DNA of 64,000 nt from Octopus vulgaris. Taxonomy: Eukaryota. The notes beneath the pieces are model-generated. The model saw only the letters and a program-made list of their open reading frames with translations, was not told the DNA's origin and searched no databases. The position numbers were made by a program, and so were the translations under genes. Below are positions 1 through 14,650 of this stretch, one piece after another (within the stretch, counting starts at the first letter, position 1; the number at the start of each line of letters is the position of its first letter). The stretch spans positions 12,338,001 through 12,402,000 of the forward strand of contig OX597814.1 of NCBI GenBank assembly GCA_951406725.2, in the 5' to 3' direction.

Positions 1-35
<35 letters not shown>

Positions 36-371
36 TGTGCAACTTTTCTTTTATTTCGAGTATTATAAGTTTAACAGACGTATTCATGCAGCAAAATACC
101 AAAATATATGATTACTTTTAACAAATTTGAATGTGAAACAATTAGAGAATAAAATCTTTTCAACCTTCGTTAGTATTTGAAATCGTATATGTGTTTTGAA
201 AGATATGACTTTTACATGTGGAATTTTAATTGCTACCCTGTTCCAGTATATGCACGCAATACATTGTGGATGAAGGAAGACAACTGAGAAACTAGAATGA
301 GTTTAGAGCAGAAAGAGAGAAAGGAAGTTGGGTGTTTTTGTATCATACTCTACTACTCTTACTCTACTTCT

Positions 372-968
372 TAGTTCTTTACTGCCCACAAGGGGCTACA
401 CACAGAGGGGACAAACAAGGACAGACAAACGGATTAAGTCGATTATATCGACCCCATTGCGTAACTGGTACTTATTTAATCGACCCCGAAAGAATGAAAG
501 GCAAAGTCGACCACGGTGGAGTTTGAAATCAGAACGTAGCGGCAAACGAAATACCTATTTCTTTACTACCCACAAGTGGCTAAACACAGAGAGGACAAAC
601 AAGGACAGACAAACGGATTAAGTCGATTATATCGACCCCAGTGCGTAACTGGTACTTATTTAATCTACCCCGAAAGGATGAAAGGCAAAGTCGACCACGG
701 CGGAGTTTGAACTCAGAATGTAGCAGCATACGAAATACCTATTTCTTTACTACCCACAAGGGGCTAAACAAAAAGGGGACAAACAAAAATAGACACACGG
801 ATTAAGTCGATTATATCAACCCCAGTGCGTAACAGGTACTTAGTTAATCGACCCCGAAAGGATGAAAGGCAAAGTTGACATCGGTGAAATTTGAACACAG
901 AACGTAGCACAGACGAAATACGCTAGGTACTTCGCTTGGCGTGCTAACGGTTCTGCCAGCTCGCCGCC
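372..968 (-). mobile_element. tRNA-derived SINE family A: one full copy plus two head-less 184-bp tandem units
   Basis: Reverse complement of the ggcggcgagctggcagaa...gagttcaaattcc...gcctttcatcctttcggggtcgat...agtaaagaaata element also seen at 1630, 34901, 35509 and 48569. cccacaag recurs at 385/569/753. Imperfect TSD tactcta(ct/ta)tct. Confidence 0.9.
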
Positions 969-1236
969 TACTCTATATCTAATCCATTAAAAGTATTAGC
1001 CTTTCAACGTCACTTTTCATGAATTCTCTCTGTTTTAGACCAGAGAGAATTCGGATCAAGGTATTTGTCTTCATCGAATTATTCAGGAATAATGACGGAT
1101 TTATATGGAAACTTCAAAAAGATTAGTTGAGAAATGGCAAATATACATATGTATATACATAGATTCATACACACTCAAATACAAAAACATACCTATATAT
1201 CTACTCACTGGCACAAATATGTATACATACATATAT

Positions 1237-1237
1237 G

Positions 1238-1303
<66 letters not shown>

Positions 1304-1390
1304 CTCTGTCTGACTGTCTGTCTATCTGTATGTCTGTCTGTCTGTCTGCCTGCCTGCCTGCTTGTCTGTCTGCCTGCTTGTCTGTCTGTT
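1237..1390. repeat. (CTAT)n/(CTGT)n/(CTGC)n compound microsatellite
   Basis: Directly visible tetranucleotide arrays. Confidence 0.95.
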
Positions 1391-1515
1391 TACCTATTTA
1401 TTGTTTTTATATTAATGTTTGTTTTTACGTTCAATTGTAATAAAAAAAATATTGCACTAATTTGATGGATTATTGTATAATTTTGTAGAATATAAAGTCA
1501 TTCTTCTGATGCAAA

Positions 1516-1620
1516 AATGTTGTTCACTTTGACTTCAAAGTTTCGGCCAGTTGAACCATCGTTAGACAGCAGTCCGATGGCTTGGCTGGCAGAGACTTCG
1601 AAGTCACTGTTTAACAACAT
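1516..1620. mobile_element. Imperfect palindromic (MITE/foldback-like) repeat; partial second copy at ~13811-13888
   Basis: aatgttgtt..tgacttc.aagtttc.gccag..ccatcg / cgatgg..ctggc..gacttcgaagtca..aacaacatt; the right arm is shared with the 13.8-kb copy. Confidence 0.6.
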
Positions 1621-1629
1621 TATATATAA

Positions 1630-1967
<338 letters not shown>

Positions 1968-2696
1968 AAGACAGAGAGGGGAAGGAATGTATAAAAAACA
2001 AACAATGCAGAGACACAGACACAAAAACACAAGTAAACATACATACACACATAGACATAATACATACACATATCTACATTGCGGCATAGTAATATGTATA
2101 CGAGGCAAACAATACAATCACAGGTCACCGATACAAGCGCACGTACACGTATACATATATTTATGTGTATGTGAGTGCCGGTAATAATACGTATATATAT
2201 ATTTGTAAAACTTCAAACGGAAATATATGCACATTACACATTAGGCGCACAAATATTTATTGCTTATTTACATCTTAGTCAAATTTATACTTGACTCTGC
2301 TGTTTTTGATATACTTCCTCTAAGAAAATGATGGCGACTGTTTTTTTTTTTGTCTTCTTTGCCATCGCATTTTCATTAATTTCTCTATCAAATTTTATGG
2401 GGAAGTTTTTTTTATTAGATATTGCAGACATTCACATATCGCATTGCCCGTTATCTTGAAAATAATTCTGGGTTGAGAAAAAACAACACATGAAATCAAG
2501 GCTCTGATATAAAACATACCACTGTATTACATCAATCTTAATGAAGTGTTCGGACAGACAATTAGAAATAATCTCTACAGATTGAGGTTCAGTTTCATCA
2601 CGTATATCTGTATGAATTTGTGTATACATGTATGCAATTTATGTATAAATGTGTATATATATATATATATATCTGTATATATGTATTATGTATGTG

Positions 2697-2727
<31 letters not shown>

Positions 2728-3189
2728 ATAACTTTTTTATATGCTCATGCATCTATAAATATACGTACACGCCCATATGTATGAACATGTACATATATGT
2801 ATATAGATGCATGTATATATGTGTATACATGCATATATATATGCATATATATATTATGTATATGCATATGTATATATATATATATATATACACACATGCA
2901 TATATATATATATATATATACATATGTATATATATGATATATATGTGTGTGTATATATATATATATGTATATATTTACACATACATAAAAAAATTGAGAA
3001 AAAGTTCAGAATTACAATTTAAATAGTTTCGTCTGTGGAATCTTCAGGCGTGTAATAAGAAACTACTGAATAAAAAAAATACTGCATACATAATAAAAGT
3101 TAGGGTTTGATGAAATATTCCGCGGAAATACTTAGCTGGCAAGAAAAGGTGCAACTATACATACATACATACATACATACATACATACA

Positions 3190-3323
<134 letters not shown>

Positions 3324-3784
3324 AGTATATTTGCCACCTAAATGTGGCTAATCCTAAAGCTTCTGTAGCATGTAGCCACAGGAAAGCATCTCCTCAAGCT
3401 GGCTATTGACACACTATCTATGCCCTATCAGTTTTTGCAAAGGGAAGTCGTTGTTTCCATCTGTCGTCTGACGTGGTTCACACGGACCCGAGTTTCTGGG
3501 TATTGACCCATCATGCTTGCATTGAGAATCAAATACCCCTCGCTAACCGGTGGTTGTAACACGCTGATTCTTAAATTAATATTTGTCACCGAAGAATAAT
3601 ATTATAACCGACATTTGCAATCTTGCAACTTTACGCAAATGAATGTCTGTTTAATCGTAGATGTGTTTCTAAGGAGTTAACTTGCTGCGTTTCTACGAAA
3701 ACGACTATAGTTTCTGAATCATACATCAGATTGAGGAAATGTAGCTTAGCATTTTGACCAGAGTACTAACGACTCTGCCTCCGC

Positions 3785-4100
<316 letters not shown>

Positions 4101-4121
4101 ATACATAAAGACAGAGAGGGG

Positions 4122-4310
4122 GAAAACACCAGGACTTACAAACACATATAACATAAAGAAAATTGCACTACTAGGCACTGCACACATCCTACGCAGAACA
4201 CTTTCCATACAATAACCATCAGAGCATCACAACAAATCACAGCACATACCTAAGGCACACAGAGCTGCGCTCGGTAGTGACGTGAAAGCACGATATAAAA
4301 ATATATATTA

Positions 4311-4313
<3 letters not shown>
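4122..4313 (+). mobile_element. R4/Dong-clade LINE, 3' terminal fragment (end of RLE domain + 3' UTR) followed by (TAA)n
   Basis: Translates [30 protein letters not shown]. The 3' UTR matches the copies at 7172 and 9225 and ends ...ctg-aataataat. Confidence 0.85.
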
Positions 4314-4369
<56 letters not shown>

Positions 4370-4388
4370 TAATAATGATAATAATAAT

Positions 4389-4449
<61 letters not shown>

Positions 4450-4453
<4 letters not shown>

Positions 4454-6490
4454 CAGAAACACACAAAAAGCTGGTTGAAAATTTTGATGGCATACTAGTA
4501 GAGCCAGAGACAATGCCTGAATGGCTCACGAAAGGGAAAACTATCCTAATTCCCAAATCCACTGAAACGGCAAACCCACAAACTTACAGACCAATAACTT
4601 GTCTCCCTACAATTTACAAAGCCTTTACTGCAATAATATCGCAGAGATTGAGCAAGCATCTGGAAGAAAACAAACTCTTTCCAGAAGAACAGAAGGGATG
4701 CTGCAAGGGCTCATACGGCTGTAAAGGTCAACTAATGATCAATAAAGCCATAACTGAAGACACCCGCAGAAAGAAGAAAGTCCTAAGTATGGCCTGGCTC
4801 GACTACCGAAAGGCTTTTGATAGTATTCCCCACACATGGATCCTAGAAACACTAGCCATGAACAAGGCAGTACCAATAATCATAAAATACATAAGAGAGT
4901 GCTACAGCTCCAAACAAGAGAGACCCATAAAAACCAAAGCCATCTCCGTTAGAAGAGGAATATTCCAAGGAGACACGCTCTCTCCGCTTCTTTTCTGCTT
5001 GGCACTGACATCTTTATCTAACTTGCTAAACAAAACTGGATGCGGATACAACTGTTATGGCAAAACAATCAGCCACCTCTTATATATTGATGACCTAAAA
5101 CTGTACGCTACAAATGATAAACAGCTGTAAACATTACTACAGACAGTACATAGATTTACCAAAGAAATAAACATGAAATTTAGCTTAGAAAAATGTGCCA
5201 AAGCAACTTTGAAAAGAGGAAAACTAGTTAAGAGTAGTAACATCACATTAGATAAAGCAAATGAAATAAGACCAAAACCAGACATACAAATATTTAAGAA
5301 TCAATGAACTAGATACGATACAACACACACAAATGAAAGAGAAAATTAAAAAAGAATACTATAGACGAGTTAGATTAATACTGAAAACAGAGCTCAATGC
5401 AAAAATCAAAATAATAGGTATCAACAATCTAGCCGTCTCAGTTGTAAGTTACAGCTACAATATCCTTAACTGGACACTAAAAGAACTAACCAAAATAGAC
5501 AGGAAAACAAGAAAAATAATGACAGGATCTAGGATGCACCATAAGAATTCTGACACAGAAAGGTTATATATATCACGTATAGAAGGTGGTAGAGGCCTTA
5601 TACAGGTAGAAAACTATTACAAAATGCCACGATAGGACTGCAAAAATACCTACTTCAAAATAGACACAACACACGAACAAAACAAAAAAACTGTTTTCAG
5701 GCCTTAAGGAAGCTGATAAATAAAAACAAGCAGTCATACTATCTAACAACTATGGAGAAGAAGAAGAAACAACAAAAGCTGTAAAAGAAATGAAATCCAA
5801 ACTAAAACAAGAGCAGCCACGGATCATGATAAAACAATGGTAAGAAAAGCCCCTCCATAACAAATACGGAGCTAAACTAAACGCAAAAGAAATAGACAAA
5901 GCAAAATCTCAACAATGGCTGAGAAGCTCAGGACTCAAAGCAGAGACTTTAGGGATTTTTAATTGCAGCACAAGACCAAAGCCTCCCTACCAGAAATTAC
6001 AAAAAAACATATAATGAAAAGAAACAAGTAACTGCAAAATATGTGGAGATGGATAAGAAAAAAAATCACATTGTTTCTGGCTGACCAGTCCTGTCTAAGA
6101 AGGATTATACTCACAGACACAACAGAGTTGGGACCTACTTACACTGGAAGCTATGCCAACACTATGGAATAACAACAGAAAAAAATGGTATAAACACACA
6201 CCAGAAAAGGTCACAGAAAACGAGAAAGCAACAATACTATCGGATATGGCAATACATACTGATAGAGAAATTATGGTCAATACGCCAGATATAGTTGTCA
6301 GAGATCCTGAAGAAAAAAAAATGCTTTATAATTGATGTATTAGCACCAACAGAGGACAATGTTTCTCTGAAAGAAATGGAGAAACTTTCACAATACAAAA
6401 ACCAGGAAATAGAGGTAACTCGAATGTGGAGACTAAAAACAGAAATAATTCCTATCATAGTGGGCGCATTAGATATGATAAAAAATATCA
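4450..6490 (+). mobile_element. R4/Dong-clade non-LTR retrotransposon, 5'-truncated, frameshifted RT-CCHC-RLE ORF
   Basis: YRPITCL, AWLDYRKAFDSIPH, GIFQGDTLSPLLF and HLLYIDDLKLY (RT); GGRGL thumb; ...PDIVV...IIDV (PD-D endonuclease). Begins directly after a (TAA)n array. Confidence 0.92.
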
Positions 6491-7100
6491 ACGTTTTTAA
6501 TTTCTTGTATAGTACTTTATCTTTGCAATCTTTCATCCTACACAAGCCTGACCTTCCTACTTCTAATATTAGCGATTCTGTGGCATGTTTTAAATACCAT
6601 GCTACGTTGTTTTCTTCTGCTCTACTGCTGTGTTCGCATCCAATAAGTCCTCTTCCCCCTCTTTTTTTTTGGTACATACTGTCTGTCTGCGTCACTTTTT
6701 GTGTGGAGTGACCCATATCTAGTTAGCAACTCCCTTGTTTTTCTATCTAAGCTGTTTAGTTCGTCTACTATCCATGCGATTACCCCTGCTCCATATCTAA
6801 GGAGTTAAAGCGCCTAGATGTTTATAGCTTCGATCTTATTCCATCCATTTAACTTCGACTTAAGGATCAGTCTCAGTCTGCGTAAGTACTCCACCTTAAA
6901 TTTTTCTGTCATGTCTTTCTCCATTAATTTATACATCTCCAAAATCCTCAAGTACTTCTATCTGCCCGTCTCTTCTATCTGCTTCATAACCTTCCCCGAT
7001 GGTATCATTTAGTCCGTCCATACATTTGATTTTTGACTCTCTGCAACACTAACACATCACACCTTCTCAGTCCGAACTCCATTCTGATATCAACACTGAG
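6491..7100 (-). mobile_element. R4-clade LINE fragment (RT thumb region) of a different subfamily, inverted
   Basis: Minus-strand YQKKRGGRGLIGCEHSSRAEENNVAWYL. Upstream YKYL-type and IDRKTR-like segments are decayed. Confidence 0.75.
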
Positions 7101-7119
7101 GTTATTATTATTGTAGTTG

Positions 7120-7171
<52 letters not shown>

Positions 7172-7175
<4 letters not shown>

Positions 7176-7741
7176 TAGTTTTATTTTTATAGCGTGCTTT
7201 CACTTCACTACCGAGCGCAGCTCTGTGTGCCTTAGGTATGTGCTGTGATTTGTTGTGATGCACTGATGGTTATTGTATGGAAAGTGTTCTGCGTAGGATG
7301 TGTGCAGTGCCTAGTAGTGCAATTTTCTGTATGTTATATGTGTTTGTAAGTCCTGTGTTTTTGTTATGTATTTGTCTGAATATTTTTTTATCATGCCTAA
7401 TGCACCTACTATGATAGGAATTGTTTCTGTTTTCAGATTCCACATTCTAGTTACCTTATTTCCAGGTCTTTGTATTTTGAGAGTTTCTCCATTTCTTTTA
7501 GAGACACGTTGTCATCAGCCGGTATTGATACATCAATTAGAAAGCATTTTTTTCTTCATGATCTCTGACAACTATATCTGGTCTGTTGGCCTTAATTTCT
7601 CTATCTGTGTGTATCGGCATATCCCAGAGTATGGTTGCTTTCTCGTTTTCTGTGACCTTTTCTGGTGTGTGCCTATACCATCTTTTTTCTGTTGTTATTC
7701 CATAATGTTGGCATAGCTTCCAATGTATGTAGGTTCCAATG
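7172..7741 (-). mobile_element. R4/Dong 3' fragment (RLE domain + 3' UTR) flanked by (TTA)n on both sides
   Basis: YIHWKLCQHYG...ILWDMPIHTDREIKANRPDIVV; the 3' UTR is nearly identical to 4215-4313. Confidence 0.9.
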
Positions 7742-7743
7742 TA

Positions 7744-7786
<43 letters not shown>

Positions 7787-8197
7787 GTTATTATTATTGT
7801 TGTTGTTATTGTTGTTGTTGTTGTTGTTGTTGTTATTATTATTATTATTAATATTATTATTATTATTATTGTTATTGTTATTGTCATTGTTGTTGTTGTT
7901 GTCGTCATCATCATCAGCATCATTATTATTATTATTATTGTTGTTGTTGTTATTATTGTTATTATTATTATTATCATTATTGTTATTGCTACTGCAACTA
8001 ACACAACTAGAACAACAAATAATACGGTTGACACCATTTCCATAAATGGCATCATCATAATCATCATTGTATACCATAAACACAACAGCCCTCAGTATTT
8101 ACTGGCGCACCGAATTTCCGGGCCTTATGAATACATAAATATGGTTGTGCGTGTATGTTTTTCAGCTGATATATACCCGCGTATGTATGTATGCATG

Positions 8198-8307
<110 letters not shown>

Positions 8308-8365
8308 TATATACATGTATATGCATGTGTTTGTAGGCAGTGTATATGTATGCATATATATACAA

Positions 8366-8408
<43 letters not shown>

Positions 8409-8483
8409 CATATATATATATACATATATATATATACATACATATAATTGTGTGTGTGTTTGAATATATGTATGTATGTGTGC

Positions 8484-8521
<38 letters not shown>

Positions 8522-9115
8522 AAATAGGTCAGCATTGACTGTATGTATAGATAAACGGGATGCCTGGTAATATCAATGGTCTAATTCTATATTTTCATGG
8601 CTATTTTTACTTGGAAGACCACAGCCCCTTGTTGTAATTCACACATAGACAATTGTTTCATCTGTATCCATGGTATAGTCAACTACCCACTATATTACAT
8701 ATAAGATATCAAATTTCTTTAAAATATCATTTGATATTGGTTTCTGCTTCGTATGTCATATATAGTGTGAAAATATCCACGTTTGTTTTTAAGTGTATTC
8801 TTGTTTACATTCTATTAAAATATTTTTTACGCACGTTCTGGCGTCTCAAAGAAAAAAGTATGTGTAGCATATAGAAATATATATTATATATCATGTTATT
8901 TTTTTAAGATTGTTGACTGTTCCACCCATCTATATGATAGTATGTACACATACTTATCTCTCTACACCTCTCTCCTTCTCTATCTCCACATCCTTTCTAT
9001 AGTAACGCATGCGCGTACGTGTGCTTGTATGTAGTATACCTTCATGCGCGCGCGGAAAATGCAGCTAATCATTTTGTCCGGCATGCTAACAGTTCAGCCA
9101 GCACACCGCCTATCT

Positions 9116-9155
<40 letters not shown>

Positions 9156-9193
9156 GCAACAACAACAACAGCAACAGCAACAACAACAACAGC

Positions 9194-9224
<31 letters not shown>

Positions 9225-9225
<1 letters not shown>

Positions 9226-9753
9226 TAAAACAACAGAAAAAAGATGGTATAGGCACACGCCAGAAAAGGTCACAAAAAATGAGAAAGCAACCATACTCTA
9301 GGATATGCCAATACATACAGATAGAGAAATTAATGGCAATAAGCTGGATATAGTGTCAGAGATCACCAAGACAAAAATGTACTTTCTAATCGATGTTTCA
9401 ATACCAACTTATAACAATGTTTCTCTAAAAGAGATGGAGAAGCTTTCACGATGCAAAGATCTGGAAATAGACGTAACTTGAATGTGGAGTCTAAAAACAG
9501 AAACAATTCTTATCATAGTAGGCACATTAGGTATGATAAAAATATCCAGACAAATACATAACAAAAACGCTAGGACTAACAAGTATATATAACATATAGA
9601 AAATAGCACTATTAGGTACCGCGCACATCCTACGTAAAGCACTTTCAATACAGTAAAAATAAGGGCATCACAACAAACCACAGCACATGCCCAAGGCACA
9701 CAGGGCTGTGCTCGGTAGTGCCGCGAAAGCAAGTGATAAAAGTAAGACCGCTG
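9225..9753 (+). mobile_element. R4/Dong 3' fragment, older copy, between (CAA/TAA)n and (TAA)n
   Basis: TEKRWYRHTPEKVTKNEKATIL and the same 3' UTR, with stop codons. Confidence 0.88.
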
Positions 9754-9779
9754 AATAATAATAATACAGAATAGCTACA

Positions 9780-11140
9780 CAAATAGATAAAATAATCGAG
9801 AACGGGGTGCAAATGCCTAAGTGATTGATCATTGGTAAAACAATTCTTTGCCAAAAAGATTCCGTGAAGGCAATGCAGTGGATAATTACCGGCTTATCAC
9901 CAGTCTGTCCTTTTATGTGGAAACTGATGACAGGAATAATATCTAATAATGTGTATAACGTCCTGGAAATCAATGACAAACTTCCAGTGAAACAGAAAGG
10001 ATGCAGAAAGAAAAGCCGAGGGACAAAATAACAAACTTCTGATAGAATGGTACGGAACGACTGCAAGAAAAGGCTTACTAATCTGGGTATGGCGTGGTTT
10101 GATTATAAGAAAACGCATGACACGATCGCCCATTCTAGGATTTTAGAAAGTCTTGAGCTGGTACGGGTGTCTGATAACATATAAAATTTTGTTAGAAGAG
10201 CAATGAAAAACTGGAATGCACAGTTAACTTTATGTGAAACTTTTTGGCGAGGGTTAACATCAAGAAAGGCATATTTCCAGATGATAGCCTATCGCCATTG
10301 CTGTTTGTGATGTGCATGATACCTCTCACATAGATAGTACAGAAAGTGACATAGGAGTATACCTTGAAAATTGGAGGAAAATTAAATCATCTGTTATATA
10401 TGGATGACTTAAAGATCTTTGGAGAAGACCGAACGTGAAGTAAATGGCCAGCTTTCGACAATGCAGATATTCAGTTAGGATGTCGGAATGGAATTTGGGA
10501 TTAAAAAGTGTGGTATGCTTATAGTACAAAGAGGCTAAGTGGTGTCGTCTGTGATGCACCCAGAAACATTTAAGAAACAAGATGAAAAAGAAAGAGTAAA
10601 GAATTGGAAAATGAAATCATTGCATAGGCAATACCTCAGAAAAATCGAAGGAAAAGACAAGATCAATACTTGGAGATGGCTAAGAAGTGATCTTAAAGGA
10701 TGCACAGAGGCATTGATATGCAGCACTCAAGAACAAGCTCTGAGAAATAATCACACCAAGTTCCAAATAGATAAGAGTAGCGAATTACCCCTTTGTAGGA
10801 TGTATGGCATCAGAAACGAAACAATCTCACATCTTGTGAGTGAGTGTAGCAAGCTGACCCAAAAGCATTACAAAAGGAGGCACGATAATGTGGCTAAGTT
10901 CGTCCACTGGAGATGATGGGAAAAGTACGGCTAGTACAGAGCATGGAAACGCAGGCTACTAAAAGACGAAATTGCATGAATGTGGACTATGATGAGAGTG
11001 TCTGTCATTCCAGTAGTTGTAGGGGTCCTGGGAGCACTAACAACCAAGTTCGAGAAATATGTCAGAGAAATCGGGATTGACATGAGAGCAGAGCAAGCCC
11101 CAAAACCTGCTAGGCTGGGAATAGCTGGGATTATGAGATT
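9780..11140 (+). mobile_element. R4-clade LINE, decayed and internally deleted (RT + CCHC + RLE remnants)
   Basis: KQKGCRK, AWFDYKKT, HLLYMDDL remnants; TEALICSTQEQALR...CRMY..ETISHLVSECSKL...RRHDNVAKFVHW. Confidence 0.85.
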
Positions 11141-11149
11141 TTGAAATTA

Positions 11150-12500
11150 ACCATTTTCTCTACATGGACAATTTGAAACATTTTAATAAAAATAAGGAAG
11201 AGATAGATATCTTAATACAAACTAAGACTCTTCCGAGATATAGGTATAGAATTTTTCATAGCTAAGTGCCCAATCTCAGTCACAAAAAAAAGGGACAGAT
11301 AGTCAGCAGTGAAGGCATTCAGTTACCAGATGGCCAGACATTGAAATTACTGAACAAAGGAAAAAGTTATAAGTACTTAGGAGTATTAGAATCTGACAGA
11401 GTACTATAGAAAGAAATGCGTAAGTTGAGAAAGAGTACATCAGAAGGATGAGGAATATAATGAAGTCGAAAGTAAATGGCCCGAATCTAGTGAAGGCTGT
11501 AAATAAATACTTGGGCTGTATCACTACTTAGATATTCAGCAGCTTTTGTAGATTGGAGAAAATCTGAATTAGCAAATCTAGACAGAAGAACTAGGAAGGA
11601 ATGCAATATGAATGGAGAACTTTATCCAAGAGCAAGAGTAGAAAGACTATATTTACCTAGAAAGGAAGGTGTTAGAAGTTTAATATCAATAGAAGACTGT
11701 TAAATTGGAGCAGATATAGCCTCGTATGTAGGTAATAGTAAGGACATTTTATTGAGTGCTGCTAGAGTATCAGTAGGAGATAGGGTAACCAAAAAGTCAA
11801 ATAAAGTTCAAAACCAGAAAAAAGAAGGAAGATTATCTAATTGGCAAGAGAAGGCTTTGAATGGTAGATTTAGAAGGCTTTGCATTGTATGAACATGAAC
11901 CTAGTAAAGTGTTAGAAAGTTAGAAATATAAGATGTTGCTTGATTTTAACATTCAAACTGACCGAGTAATAGAAGCTAGTAGGTCTGATCTAGTAGTAGT
12001 ATAGAAAGATAATAATATTATGCCAGGTAATTGCCTTTTCCAGTCCCAAATGATGAGAAAGTAAGTCACTAAGAGTGATATAGAGAAAATAACAAGGTAC
12101 CAGCACATAGCCATTGAGTTATAGAGACTAAAAAAAGTGCAGGTAAAATGTATCCCCGTAGTTATAGATGCGTTAGGAACTATTCCTAAAGATGTGAACA
12201 GATGGATAGAGTAAATAGCCATAAAACCTAGGTTAGTGCAGCTTCAGAAAACAGTGTTATTAGGGACAGACAGCTAGAATACTTAGGAAGGTTCTTGATA
12301 TCTAAGGTTACGTGTCGTAACCTGATGTCATGAATTTTTTTCAAACAGTCTAATTTTTTCTACCCAAGGTAGAAGACCCGAAATTTAGATCGACTTAATT
12401 TATCGATCCCAAAAGGATGAAGGGTAAAGTCGACCTCGGCGGGATTTGAATCCAACAATCTAATCTGTTGTTCGTGTATGAAATAATGATAGTAATAATA
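11150..12500 (+). mobile_element. R4-clade LINE, heavily decayed further subfamily, with a short SINE-A fragment (~12370-12452) in the 3' UTR
   Basis: YKYLGVL, LDRRTRK, RLYLPRKEG, IQTDRVIEASRSDL and LQKTVLLGT remnants; ends in aataatgatagtaataataata. Confidence 0.75.
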
Positions 12501-12538
12501 ATTATTCCCTCGTCTATTCCTCTGTGGCTAGTAAAATG

Positions 12539-12591
<53 letters not shown>

Positions 12592-13930
12592 GTCGTCGTC
12601 GTCGTCGTTGTCGTCGTCATCATCATCATCATCATCATCATCATTTTTGATATTGACACAAAGCATGAAGTTCAGGGGAAGGGATAATCGATTACATTGA
12701 TCCCAGTACTCGATACTATTTTATTGATCCCAGAAAAATGAATAGCAGAAATGATATGAACTCCAAAAGCAAGGCATTTTGTCCAACATTCTAAAGCTTC
12801 TGATTGACAAACGTCTTAACCACCACCATCATCACTACCTTTAACATCAGACGCAGAGGCAGTAGCAGTAACTTCATTGTTTGACATAATTATGATCATT
12901 AGTGTTTTTTCAGCTGTTGGTTATTGTTTGTGTTACTGTTGCTGTTATAGAAAATGAAGAGAAAAAACAATTTCTCAGCATCAGAAGGTAATACAAGCGG
13001 CAACTGAGCGAATATAGTAAAAACAGTTTAATATAGTATAAAATAACTTTAACCTGAGACTTGCCGATTGCATGTCTAAAACACTATCTCATACACAAAA
13101 ATAAATTAAAGGAAAATTAAAAGGAAAGTAACTTCTTTGTTCTTCAGAAATTCTATGGCAAAATAAATCAACTTGGAAAAAATTCATCAATCCACTAGGT
13201 TGATTAAGAAAAATGCTTAAAGGAATGACTACTTATCGTAAAACAAATAATAGTTTCTTGATTAAAATTATTATATTTTTACAAGATTTTATATGAATAG
13301 ATATTGTTTCCAGCTCTTGTGTGGCGCCATTTCATATTCTTTAAATAAACTGAAATTGAAGTATGTTCGACATTATTAATAATAACAACACTAGTATAAG
13401 TTTGCGTCTTCATCTTGTGTATCTATGGTGAGATCAGTCTAGTAGAACTTATTTCTCTTCAAGTAACCCGTATGGAAACATTTTTTTGAAAACAGTTACT
13501 ATCTATCTCTACAGGACTACGTCGCTCCTTCTAAGGTCAGGTCATGAGCTGTACTTCTCCGTAACAATCTCTGTAACATCAAAGCTTCTTTCTCTTCCTT
13601 TTAAGTTCGAGACTAATAACAACCTTTGTTAAAACTTGTCATTCTCATCTATTTCTGTTTTTTATAGCAAATTACACAATACACACACGCACACATACAC
13701 ACACACACATATATTAGTGTTTTTTTCATGTTCGGTTATAATAAAATAATCTTAAATTAAATTAATGGTATAATCTTTATTTTTGATCAAGATTGTTGCT
13801 CACAGTGGACTTGGCCAGTTAGACAATCGTCGGACTGCATACGATGGCTTGACTGGCCGAAGCTTCGAAGTCACTGTCAACAACATTCTTCTATTAATCA
13901 ACTGATCAATAAACAAGTTAAGTACACATA

Positions 13931-14338
13931 GGCGCAGGAGTGGCTGTGTGTTAAGTAGCTTGTTTACCAACCACAAGGTCCCAGGTTCAGTCCCACTGCG
14001 TGGCACCTTGGGCAGGTGTCTTCTACTATAGCCTCGGGCCGACCAAAGCCTTGTGAGTGGATTTGGTAGACGGAAACTGAAAGAAGCCCGTCGTATATAT
14101 GTTTATATATGCGTGTGTGTGTTTGTGTATCTGTGTTTGTCCCCCTAGCATTGCATGACAACCGATGCTGGTGTGTTTATGTCCCCGTTACCTAGCGGTT
14201 CGGCGAAAGAGACCGATAGAATAAGTACTGGGCTTACAAAAGAATAAGTCCCGGGGTCGAGTTGCTCGATTAAAGGCGGTGCTCCAGCATGGCCGCAGTC
14301 AAATGACTGAAACAAGTAAAAGAGTAAAGAGTAAGAGT
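13931..14338 (+). mobile_element. SINE family B (tRNA head, CORE-like segment, internal microsatellite, (GTAAAAGA)n-like tail)
   Basis: tggctgtgtg.taag and ggttcagtccc boxes; accttgggcaggtgtctt resembles the CORE domain. Related copies at 28884, 44731, 55750 and ~50.2 kb. Confidence 0.9.
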
Positions 14339-14469
14339 ATATCAGCCACGAACCTGTAATAACTACTGCAAACAGCTGTAGGCCAAATTTACTCAAATAA
14401 AGGAAAAATATATAATAAACATTATATATACCTTGTCTTTCATGTATACTATATATATATATATATATA

Positions 14470-14650
14470 TAGGGAGAATTCACGAAAAAAATCAAAAGAC
14501 GAAGACAGGTGGTGTAGAAAACAAACAGATGTATTAGTATAACGCTCGGGAATTGAAAAAGTCTTTTACGTTTCGAGCCTACGCTCTTCCACAGAAAGGA
14601 ACACAGAAACAAACAAGGAGAGAAAATATGTGTGTAGTGGCTACCGATTT
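14470..14650 (-). mobile_element. Penelope-like terminal fragment with a degenerate minimal hammerhead motif (14561-14600), abutting (TA)n
   Basis: Minus strand cttt-ctgtgga-a-gagc(gtag)gctc-gaaa-cg-ta-aaag. Confidence 0.55.

Noticed and set aside
372-968. Regular 184-bp repeats resembling a CRISPR array or satellite
   Set aside because: There are no unique spacers, the units are SINE-A bodies, and the context is eukaryotic.
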